In this document: one piece after another, positions 24,468 through 34,255 of the stretch | Layout: every line of letters starts with the position of its first letter | How positions within the stretch are numbered: the stretch's first letter is position 1 | NCBI GenBank assembly: GCA_012862495.1 | Contig: BLSG01000402.1 | Span: 185,701 to 249,700, forward strand | Reading direction: 5' to 3' | DNA: 64,000 nt | DNA from: Thraustochytrium aureum | Lineage: Eukaryota | Notes under the pieces: generated by a model | The model's database searches: none | Told to the model about the DNA's origin: nothing | What the model saw: the letters and a program-made list of their open reading frames with translations, nothing else | Made by a program: the position numbers and the translations under genes

Positions 24468-25618
24468 AAAATGACCACCGTCGTAAGCGCCAGGTACGAG
24501 AATCCCGACGGAAACGAAAAAAAGTACAGGTGGAAGGTGCTAAAGTAGACGAAGAATAGACGCGGAAAAACTCGAATGGCAGGCCGCGTTCGCAGCGTGA
24601 TGACCGAGAACAGCTCGCAGATCCACACCAGCGCAAGAACCATAAAGGCAAGGAGCTGGTCGTTAAAGAACTCGAAGAGGAAGAACAGCATGCCAACCAT
24701 GATCGGCACGAACACGAGCGAGTTGACCACGTGGTTGGCTACGAGGCTGTGGTACGGCTGGGCCGCCTCGATGCGCTGCTGGAGCTCAAACGTGAACTGC
24801 AACATCATCTCTTGCGTTTCCCTCAGCGTGTGGTGCACCAACGTCGTCGTAATGAAAAACAGGAACACTGTCGTGGCCAAGATGCCCACCTTGAACACAA
24901 CCATGTTCGCAAAAGACCCAGCACTGGGCGACCCGCCGTGCGCAGGAGTGCGCTGCTGGGTAGATGCGTAGCCGAGGTCGACGAGATCGCGCGACAAGGC
25001 GCTGTAGAGGAAGCCACTGCCGTCCGTCGCGTGGATGATCGAGTTGGCCACGAGCGTGTCGTAGCCGACAAAGTTGTCGAGGACAAAGACAAGCGGGCCC
25101 TGTAATGCGCCCATGCACTCGAGGCTGAGCGTGATGTTGGCCTGCGTGATGGCATGTTTTGCGCGCAAGGCCGAGTCCAAGAGGAGAAACCCTCGCTGGC
25201 GGGAGAAGAGGAACGCTGGGTCGGAAAGCCAGACCTGCAGGAGCTGTGCAGCGAGGACGTCGTCGCCGTTGCTTGCGTCGCCAAGGCTTTTGGCCTGGGC
25301 CAGCTTGGCAAATCCGTCGGCATCGACGCTAGCGAGCCGGGACCATATCCCGCCAACTTGAATTTGCAAGACGTCTGGCTGCGGGGCCTCGGGGTGCGCG
25401 GCCGAGTGCGCGGCGAGCTGGCGCTGCAGGTCGAGAACAACGCAGTTCGGCTGCCCGGCAGGACTCACGAAAGTTGTGTGCAACAGTACCAGCAAGGCAA
25501 GCGCAGCGAGCGCGTTAATGAGCGCCAGGTGCTCGAAGAAGCGCAGGCTGCGCAGGCCAAAGACGCGCGTCACCGCCCGAATGAGCTTGGTGTGCAGTCG
25601 AAAGAAGACGCGCTCCAT
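24468..25618 (-). CDS. Membralin (TMEM259) family protein, 3' part in gap
   Basis: ERVFFRLH, FSRQRGFLLL, FVGYDTLVANS, TLRETQ, LVFVPIMVGMLFFLFEFFNDQLLAF, FPRLFF. Confidence 0.88.
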
Positions 25619-25743
25619 GTCCGTCTCGACGTCGGCGCCTGCACGCGGCAGCGCGCTGCCCCATCATCTCGGCCAGCCGCCGTCGCTTGGCCGACCGGGG
25701 CTCTCTGCTAACGCCGCCTAGGCGGGCCCAGCGGCCGGACTCT

Positions 25744-25800
25744 GCAGGCAGGCAGGCAGGCAGGCTGGCTGGCGGGCGGGCGGGCTGGCGGGCGGGCTGG
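25744..25800. repeat. (GCAG)/(GCTG)/(GCGG) compound microsatellite upstream of membralin
   Basis: Direct reading. Confidence 0.9.
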
Positions 25801-26330
25801 GCTTGGGTGGCTAGCGGTCGCAGTGCGATGGTCTGGCGAAAGTGTCCCGCTCGGAGAAGGCAGGACATAGCACTGCGCGCGACACCATAGCCTAAGAAAA
25901 CCGGACGCCCGTGCAAAGCCAAAACGATCGAGGACGCTCGCGATGTAGAAGACGCGCATCGCCACCCCACCATCGACGACTTGGCGGCTCATCAGACGAA
26001 AGCCTTCGCCGTCCACGGCCACGGGCTGTATTCTGTTCCATTGCCCTTGGGAAGGAAGGACGAAAGCTACGGAACGGAGAACAGCGGCAGTCGCCGGCAG
26101 ACATCACGACCGGCGAGCGTCGCTGCGGTGCGCGAACACCTGGGACGAGAACAAAATGACTCTACATGGACTTGGTTTCGAGTTCGATCGGGCGATCTTT
26201 AGCATTTGGTTGATCAAAGGAGTTGGGGGGGTTTGCATACAGGTGCGCGCCACAATCAGCTGGCTGGTCGACAGTGGTGCGCGGGATCATGTTGTGTTGG
26301 CCGTTCACCGGCAGACGAGACAAACGCGGT

Positions 26331-27926
26331 TTAGACCCGCGCGACGCCACTCTCGCTCTCCTTGGCGCCATGCACGGACGACTCTGTCGCCTCTGAGCCA
26401 GGCTCAGAAGCCTCGTCGTCGCCGGAGGCGAGCGACTCGTTTGGCCCAAAGAAAATCCCGGTGCCGCGCACGCTCAGCAGGAAGGTGAGGCCCGAAGAGG
26501 CCACGACCAAGCAACCAAGGTAGAGGTATGCGTCGCTGGTGCTCTCCACCTCGCGAAACATGGTGGACCAGCACACTGCGCCGACGTTGCCGCCAGCCCC
26601 GACGATGCCGGCCACGACGCCCACGTTTTGGCGCACAAAAGGCACGATCGCATAGGTAGTTCCCTCCGACATCTGCACACCGATGCTGAACAAGATGAGC
26701 ACAAAGATGGCGACCCCGATCGTGGTGACGCGGCTGAAGATGATCAGCATGACGCCCTCGAACAGGAGGCAGGCAAACTGGGCCCAGAGGCGGCCGCGCA
26801 TAAAAAGGTTGCGGTTGAGGCGGTCACTGAAGAGTCCGCCGAGCGCGCGAGCGTACAGGTTTTGCAGGCCAAAGAGCGCGGCGATCATTGCCGCAGTGTT
26901 CTTGCCGAGCACCGAGCAGCCAGAGACAAAGTTGCCCTCTGCATCGATCGGGTCGACGGCGCAGTCGACCCCGTCGATGACAAGGTCGTTGGTGAACTGG
27001 CGGTACAGGTAAGACGTCATCGAGTTGTTGATGGCGAGCTCGACGCCAAAGCAGGCGGCGTACTGAAGGAACAGGACCCAGACGCGCCAGTCAATCCACG
27101 GGCCGAGATCCTCGTTGTCGACGGCAGACTTGGACGCGAGGGGCTTGGCAAGCGAGGAGCTCGAGGAGCTCTTCTCCGGCTCGATAAGAGCCTCCTTGCG
27201 TCGGTAGAGGCGCTTGCTCCAGTGACCCTGGGGGCAGTCTTCGGAGAGGAACCACATCGGCACGGAGACGAGGAGCATCAGAAAGCCGGGCAGCAGCATG
27301 GCGTAGCGCCAGGCGGTGTAGTCGTCGGTGACGTTCTGGAAGCCCGCGATGAGGGAAGCAACGAAGACCGAAGTGAAGCCCCCACCGAGGTTGCCCCATC
27401 CGCCAGCGAACGCGTTGGCCTGGCCGACCACCTCCTGACCGAACATCATCGATGTCCAAAACTGGCAAGGCACGAAAGCGGCCCCCACGAACGAGATGGC
27501 GAAGCGGCAAATGTACAGGGCGGTGGCCGAGTTGATGAGCGAGCTCAAAGCGACCATGATTGCGCCATAAGTGAGCAGGATGGACTGGAGGCGGCGGGGG
27601 CCCCAGCGCTCGAGCATGGGGCCCATGGCGAGGCGGAGGAAGATGGTGCCGAGCACGCTCACGATGTTGGAGGTCTTGCGCACATTGTTGTCGATGTTGT
27701 TGCTCGGGTCTTCAACCAGGTACTCGAGCGCGGGCACGATGGCGAACCAGCCTAGGAACGCGAGGAAGAACGAGACCCAGGAAAAGTGGAAGGCAGTGAA
27801 CCAGGGCCCGGCGCACTTGAACGGCGTGAAGGAGCGCGAGCGGCCGAGGTCATCGACCTTGATGCCGCGCACGACTGTGTTCGTCTGGTCTGGGCTGAGC
27901 GCCACGTTGCGGGAGCAGCAGCTCAT
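26331..27926 (-). CDS. NRT2: High-affinity nitrate transporter NRT2 (MFS, NNP family), copy 1
   Basis: AFHFSWVSFFLAFLGWFAI, GTIFLRLAMGP, FVPCQFWTSMMF, AGGWGNLGGG, QYAACFGVEL, ARALGG, GIVGAGGNVG. Confidence 0.95.
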   Translation of the reverse strand: MSCCSRNVALSPDQTNTVVRGIKVDDLGRSRSFTPFKCAGPWFTAFHFSWVSFFLAFLGWFAIVPALEYLVEDPSNNIDNNVRKTSNIVSVLGTIFLRLAMGPMLERWGPRRLQSILLTYGAIMVALSSLINSATALYICRFAISFVGAAFVPCQFWTSMMFGQEVVGQANAFAGGWGNLGGGFTSVFVASLIAGFQNVTDDYTAWRYAMLLPGFLMLLVSVPMWFLSEDCPQGHWSKRLYRRKEALIEPEKSSSSSSLAKPLASKSAVDNEDLGPWIDWRVWVLFLQYAACFGVELAINNSMTSYLYRQFTNDLVIDGVDCAVDPIDAEGNFVSGCSVLGKNTAAMIAALFGLQNLYARALGGLFSDRLNRNLFMRGRLWAQFACLLFEGVMLIIFSRVTTIGVAIFVLILFSIGVQMSEGTTYAIVPFVRQNVGVVAGIVGAGGNVGAVCWSTMFREVESTSDAYLYLGCLVVASSGLTFLLSVRGTGIFFGPNESLASGDDEASEPGSEATESSVHGAKESESGVARV

Positions 27927-30196
27927 CTTGCTTGCCTCTCGGTCGGGGCTTGTTTGTTGATGTGTTGCGCTTGTTGGTTTGGGGCTTGCGTTGGGGCTCT
28001 GCCGCTCGCTTGCGGCGCGCCCCGCTCCCCGCTGTCGGCTCACGCCTAGCGCGCAACAGGGGCCAAGCAGGCTCCTGGGTCTGCGCGTACGACCGAGCAG
28101 GGACACGTGCGGCGCCTTCTCGTTTGGGGTATGGAGGCTCCTGCCTCGGCCACTTGGAGACACCACTCTTGAGTTGCCGGTCGGTCACAGCCCGAGGGTG
28201 ACGAGTGGGGAGCGGCCGACGCCTTGGCCAAGCCCTTTGGTGGCGTTGGGTATGCTCTGATGACAGGGGTTTGGCGGGCTGGTGCGTCGAGTATGTCACG
28301 TCACGACTCGGGAGCGCAGAAACCACCTGTGGCCACTAGTACTAGTGCGTGCTGTGCTGTTCGTGTCAGTTGCCGGCGACAGTGCCACGACCTCCGCCAC
28401 TTGTTGTCTGGCTGCCTGGCCTGCGGGCTCCTCCTCGGCCCTCCCTCACCCAGGGCACCGCACGGCTAGTAGCGCACGCCCGTCGCCTTGACGGATGGGT
28501 GAACGAGATGGGAGGTGGATGGATGACGAGCCTCTCGCATAACGTCGCAAGAAGGCCGAGGGCAGGCATTTCGCTCAAGATGCGCCACACCAAAGTGACG
28601 CCGCTGCACCTGGCGCCTCTCCCTTCCCACAAGAGCCCATCATGCCACCTTGCCCGTGCACGACAACCAAGCTACCCGTACCGCGAAGCCAAAAAGCAAG
28701 CAACTCACCTGCACGACCAGCCCCAGCGCCGCAGGTCGCCGCCGCGCCGTCCCGCGACAAGCAACCGCGGCAGCGCCTTGGCGCAGCCCTCCTTCTCCGC
28801 GCGCTGTCCCCGCTGCCGCGCGTCCGTCTTGCTCCCGTCGCGACGCTCGTGGGACGCGGCGGCCAGCGAGTCTTCCCGGTCTGCTTGCCCGACGCGTGCA
28901 CCCGAGGGCCTCCTCCTCCTCCCAGTCATCGCCTGCGCTCAAGAGCCGCGCCACAGCGTACACCCAAACAAGCTATAGCTTCTCACAAGAAGCTATGGAG
29001 GGGAACCCGCAGGGAGACTTTCGCTGCCGGTTGTGAGGGGACGCATCGGGAGCCGCCCGGATGCAGCAAGCAGAGGGGCACCCGCAGCGCACGCCATGCA
29101 GGGCCAACGGCCTTATTGAGGGAACCGCCTGCAAAAAAACAAAACGACCGCGCCCAGGGTCTCGTATTGCAGATCGTAGCCACTCTGCGTAGTGCGTTTC
29201 TTACCAACAGCGGCGCACTCGCGCAAGAATTGAAACGCTGCAGTTGGNNNNNNNNNNNNNNNNNNNNNNNNNNNNNNNNNNNNNNNNNNNNNNNNNNNNN
29301 NNNNNNNNNNNNNNNNNNNNNNNNNNNNNNNNNNNNNNNNNNNNNNNNNNNNNNNNNNNNNNNNNNNNNNNNNNNNNNNNNNNNNNNNNNNNNNNNNNNN
29401 NNNNNNNNNNNNNTAGTCCTCAGGGATGCACATGCAGGCAGGCAGGGATGGATGGATGGATGGATGGACCGTCGCGCTGCGCGCTGTGGCGAGCGGGCAG
29501 GGCCTGGCCCTGGCCACAACGCCTCGTGCGCGCTTCTCGGTCCACCTCGTACTTCTTCAAGGTACTTGCAGGGAGTACCGGGGCGATGACTTGCTGAGGA
29601 AGCTGCCTGCCTGTGCATGGCGTCCAACGCGCTCTTGGGCCTCAGCACCTCTCGCGAGAGCCGAGGAGGTATCGCCGAGCTCCGGCGGTGGTCTCGCGTC
29701 TCAGCGGCTCAGGTCGAGAGCGCTGACGGCAGCAGTACTCGCGGTTTGTCAAGTACTTACCCACAGTTCACCTCAGTTTCGAGTGCCCCGTGACCCTGGC
29801 GGCCCAGCGAAAACGCAGCTGGCCTCGGCGGCATGGCAGGCCGGGACTCGGTGAGCGACCGCGCGTACGCCCTCCCGCTCCCCTGAGGGCCGCGGGCGCG
29901 CACTCAGCGAGCGAGCGAGCGCTTTTGGTACTTGGAGGATCAAGAACAGCAGGTGATTTCAGGTGATTCCCACCCACAGTGAATGAACAATGTCACAGTA
30001 CTCCAGGATGCCTTCGAGACGCACCAACACCAGTTTCAGAATCTGGCAAGCTCCTGGAGACCAGGCACGGCAAGTCCGTGGACCGGCAGGGCTCGACAGC
30101 AACGATCGCGAGGCACCAGGGCCCCGTCGTAAGGGCCCGTGCGAGGCGAAGGGCGGGCGGGCGGGCTGGCGGGCGGGCTGGCTGGCGAGGAGCGGG

Positions 30197-31933
30197 ATGG
30201 GGTGGCCCGACGGGCCGTTGCGGCAGAGTCAGGTCGACTGCGTCCTTGACGGCCGAATCCGCGTGGACGAGCTCGGGAGAAGTACAGCGTTCAGGCCCTT
30301 CTCGTGCGCGAGGCCGTGGTTCCGGGCGTTTCACTTTTCGTGGCTCTCGTTTTTCGTGGCGTTCATCGGGTGGTTTTCGCTCGTGCCATGCCTCGAGTAT
30401 TTGGTGGAGGAGCCCGGCAATGGCATCACGGCCGAGACGCGCGACACTTCGAACATAGTGTCCGTGAGCGGCACGGTGATAGTTCGCGTCCTGGTGGGCC
30501 CGGTGGTCGACCAGTTTGGTCCTCGGCGCGTCCAGGCCGCCTTGCTTTTGTACGGGGCGGCCATGGTGGTCCTGTCCGCTTTTGTCAACACGCCGGTCGG
30601 CCTCTATGCGATTCGCTTTGCGATCAGCTTTGTTGGTGGGGCCTTTGTGCCCTCCCAAGTCTGGTGCGTTCGCATGTTTGCGGACTCTGTCATTGGCACC
30701 GCCACAGCGTTCTCGGGTGGGTGGGGCAACCTTGGAGCGTCGGTAGGAAACGTGCTGATGGCGGGCTCTATCTCGCTCTTCCAGCTCGTCGTCAGCGACG
30801 CTATCGCGTGGCGGCTCGCTCTCATAGGGCCCGGTTTGATCATGGCAAGTACGGCGTGGCCCATGCTGAGATTGTCAGACGACTGCCCCTTCGGCGCCTG
30901 GGAAAACCTATCCGAACAGCAGCAGAGGCTGCGCTGCGAAGCAAGCGCGTCAGGTGAGTCCCGCGAAGGTTTGGAGCGAGATGAACAGAAGCACCAAGGG
31001 CCCCTGCTCGTGGAGCTTGCTGGGCGATCTGGGCTCCAGCACGACAGCCGCGGCCCTGCAGGCGCGGTCTCGCAGCTCGGGTCCGTCCGCGCGACGCAGG
31101 CCCCCTCGCGACACGCCACGCTCCCAACACACTGCGCCGACAAGAGACGGACCAGCAAGCTAGCGAAATTCGGTTTGCTCTGGCTGGACCTTCGCGTGTG
31201 GATCCTTTTCGTGCATTACGCGGCGTGCTTTGGGGTCGAGCTGTCGGTGAACAATTTCTTGACCGCCTACTTGTACACCAACTTTGTCAAAGATGGCTGC
31301 GTGACGAGCGATGCAGAAGGCGCCTTCAATCCCGAGTGCAGCGTCCTCGGCAAGAACAGAGCCGCGGTGGTCGCCTCGCTGTTTGGCCTGATGAATATAT
31401 TTGCTCGAGCTCTGGGTGGGGTCGCCTCGGACGCGCTGCACCGACGCTACTCGTTCCGAGGCCGGATTGCCGCGCACATGTGCATGCTATGCGGCGAGGG
31501 CGTGATGCTGGTGTTCTTCAGCCGCGCGACGGAGCTCCCGGCTGCGCTCGCCTTGCTCATTGTGTTTTCCATCTTTGTGCAGGCAGCTGAGGGAACGACA
31601 TTTGCGCTGGTGCCGTTCATTTCGCGCAATAGCGTGGCCTCCGTCGGGGGCATCATCGGCGCGGGAGGGAATGTTGGGGCCGTTTGCTGGGCAATTTTGT
31701 TGAAAGCCATGCCCTCGAAGAGCGACGCTTTCATGATCCTCGGCTTTGCTGTTCTGGGATCAAGCGTGCTTTCCTTCGGACTATCAATTGAGGGTTGCAG
31801 TTTGCTCCGCAACGCCGCTGTGGCGACGGAGTCGCGCCTGCGGGATGTCCGCGCAGAGGAAGACGCGCACGGCGACCCAGTCGTGGGGTCACCTGAAGGC
31901 GAGGTGGGCCACGAGCGCGTCGTCGTCGCCTGA
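30197..31933 (+). CDS. NRT2: NRT2 nitrate transporter, copy 2 (divergent, extended central loop)
   Basis: RAFHFSWLSFF, GTVIVRVLVGP, SGGWGNLG, NIFARALGG, GIIGAGGNVG; ATG at 30197 chosen by alignment to the paralogs. Confidence 0.92.
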   Translation: MGWPDGPLRQSQVDCVLDGRIRVDELGRSTAFRPFSCARPWFRAFHFSWLSFFVAFIGWFSLVPCLEYLVEEPGNGITAETRDTSNIVSVSGTVIVRVLVGPVVDQFGPRRVQAALLLYGAAMVVLSAFVNTPVGLYAIRFAISFVGGAFVPSQVWCVRMFADSVIGTATAFSGGWGNLGASVGNVLMAGSISLFQLVVSDAIAWRLALIGPGLIMASTAWPMLRLSDDCPFGAWENLSEQQQRLRCEASASGESREGLERDEQKHQGPLLVELAGRSGLQHDSRGPAGAVSQLGSVRATQAPSRHATLPTHCADKRRTSKLAKFGLLWLDLRVWILFVHYAACFGVELSVNNFLTAYLYTNFVKDGCVTSDAEGAFNPECSVLGKNRAAVVASLFGLMNIFARALGGVASDALHRRYSFRGRIAAHMCMLCGEGVMLVFFSRATELPAALALLIVFSIFVQAAEGTTFALVPFISRNSVASVGGIIGAGGNVGAVCWAILLKAMPSKSDAFMILGFAVLGSSVLSFGLSIEGCSLLRNAAVATESRLRDVRAEEDAHGDPVVGSPEGEVGHERVVVA

Positions 31934-32274
31934 CACACCTCCACAGAGCGAGCGCACTCGCGGAAGGCTGGACATGCATTGGCTGCTCGGGGGCGGCGGC
32001 GGCGGCAGACGCGGGTGCAGTTGCGACGGTTTTTGTAATTTAGAGGGCGTAACGGTGCTACGTCCCGCAATCGCCTCAATCTCACACGAAACGCCAAAAT
32101 GTCGATCGGCATCGTTTGCCAGGCAGGCTCGGCCGACGCGGTTTTGCGCAGCAGCGCAAGCCACTTGGCGCATACGGACGGCTCCAAACGCGCCGGCCGG
32201 CTGCTTTTCTGCTTCGCTCGCTCGCTGCAAGTCGGTCTGGCCCGGTGGAGCAGAGCGTTGCCAAGCCGGCAACT

Positions 32275-33279
32275 ATGGGCAGCGCAGCGTCGGCGGCGCA
32301 GCAGTCGCGCGTCGAGGCGCACGTTAATGCGGCCGTGTCGGAAGTGCGACGCAACTCTGCGACACCACGAGCTACGGGCGAGCAGGTGCAACTGAGCCGC
32401 TCCAAGCTCGCCGCGCAAATCGCAGCGGACCCTGAGAGCGGGTTTACGTCGATCGAGCAAGTCGATGAGCTGCTTGCCTCGCTCTTCCACGTCGGCCCAA
32501 ACGACGAGCTCTGCGTCGAGGCTGTCGCGCGCAAACTCTTTGAGATGCGCTTGGCGCAGCACGGGGCGAACTTTCCAGACGGGCAGACCGTGTTCAGCTT
32601 TGGCGAGGGCGGCACGATTCAGGCCTTTTTGAACGGGTTGAAGATTCGCACGTACGAGACAGGGGACAAGGTGCTGATGAGGCTCGACGGGACCGAAGTG
32701 CAGTTCCACCACTGCGGCGCTACAAGTGAGGTATTTGCCAACGGCGTTCAGCTCGATCGGAACGTGGACGGCTCCTTTGGGGTTGACCTTTCAGCAGGTT
32801 CGCGCATCAAGCACCTGTCGCGCACCCAGGACGGGACCGTCATCTTGTCGAGCGAAGACGGGGCTGTCATGCAGTTTGACGCGCTCAGCTCGATCGTGCT
32901 GAGCCCAGATGGCACTTGCTGCCAGTATCTGCCCTTGCAAGCGCTGTACTCTGTTGACATCCCGGACGGGCTTCGGTACGAGATTGACGAGCACAGGGCC
33001 TCGGTGAAGATCCTCTTGCGCGACGGGACCTGTGTGGGCCTGGACGGGAACACGCAAAAGGTGGTGTATCCTGACGGTCGCAAGCTCGAGCGCAACATGG
33101 ACGGCACGCAGAGAATGTTTTCGGCCAGCGGCGAGCCCGACGAGGCAAGCCAAGGCATCGCGGCCCTTCCAGCAGACGAGGTGCAAGTGCGTCAACGCGT
33201 ACACGTCCTGGACGACAACGTGGCCATCGTCCAGCTCGAGGACGGCACCATTCACTTCGTAGACCCAATGCAAAAATAA
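32275..33279 (+). CDS. Hypothetical protein, predicted N-myristoylation (MGSAAS), repeated (P)DG beta-turn motifs
   Basis: 334-aa ORF with FPDG, LDGT, SPDG, IPDG, YPDG, MDGT, EDGT. Confidence 0.7.
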   Translation: MGSAASAAQQSRVEAHVNAAVSEVRRNSATPRATGEQVQLSRSKLAAQIAADPESGFTSIEQVDELLASLFHVGPNDELCVEAVARKLFEMRLAQHGANFPDGQTVFSFGEGGTIQAFLNGLKIRTYETGDKVLMRLDGTEVQFHHCGATSEVFANGVQLDRNVDGSFGVDLSAGSRIKHLSRTQDGTVILSSEDGAVMQFDALSSIVLSPDGTCCQYLPLQALYSVDIPDGLRYEIDEHRASVKILLRDGTCVGLDGNTQKVVYPDGRKLERNMDGTQRMFSASGEPDEASQGIAALPADEVQVRQRVHVLDDNVAIVQLEDGTIHFVDPMQK

Positions 33280-34255
33280 GCCTGCCATTGCCTGCCAGCG
33301 ATTGATTGTANNNNNNNNNNNNNNNNNNNNNNNNNNNNNNNNNNNNNNNNNNNNNNNNNNNNNNNNNNNNNNNNNNNNNNNNNNNNNNNNNNNNNNNNNN
33401 NNNNNNNNNNNNNNNNNNNNNNNNNNNNNNNNNNNNNNNNNNNNNNNNNNNNNNNNNNNNNNNNNNNNNNNNNNNNNNNNNNNNNNNNNNNNNNNNNNNN
33501 NNNNNNNNNNNNNNNNNNNNNNNNNNNNNNNNNNNNNNNNNNNNNNNNNNNNNNNNNNNNNNNNNNNNNNNNNNNNNNNNNNNNNNNNNNNNNNNNNNNN
33601 NNNNNNNNNNNNNNNNNNNNNNNNNNNNNNNNNNNNNNNNNNNNNNNNNNNNNNNNNNNNNNNNNNNNNNNNNNNNNNNNNNNNNNNNNNNNNNNNNNNN
33701 NNNNNNNNNNNNNNNNNNNNNNNNNNNNNNNNNNNNNNNNNNNNNNNNNNNNNNNNNNNNNNNNNNNNNNNNNNNNGCACTGGGTAGGCGGGACTGTGGC
33801 GGCCGCGTAGAACGACCATTGTGACGCGTCCTCTCAACAATCGAGAAAGCTGTGGGACTATAGTATGCGCGCGGCGCTCGGCAAGCGCGGGAGCTGCCTC
33901 AGCGGGCGACAAAGCCCTCCCTGCCTTCCTGCGAAAAGCTGGGCGATCGCCCCGGGCGATCGCCCTGGTCGACAGCGACATTGCCGATCCCACGGACTCT
34001 GGCTACCCCGCGTAGATCAGCAAGCAGCGCTAACCTGGCCCCGGACGGGGCACAAGGATCCTCCTTGATGCGCTGAGCGACAAGCAGCCGCGCTATGCTG
34101 CTGCGCGTTGCTCAAGATCACCATGAGCGATCTCGAACCCAGAGCCACCAGCAAACAGCAAACACCCAACCGAATCAACGAAACCGCAAGCGCGCAGCAG
34201 TTCCGCGACGAGGCACCGACAAGAACCAACAACGAGCTGTTCAAGTACCTCAAAC

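Noticed and set aside
27927..29247. GTAC enrichment on the NRT2-1 side and upstream of NRT2-3
   Set aside because: Only about four sites in 1.3 kb and one near 34245, close to chance expectation; not counted as clusters
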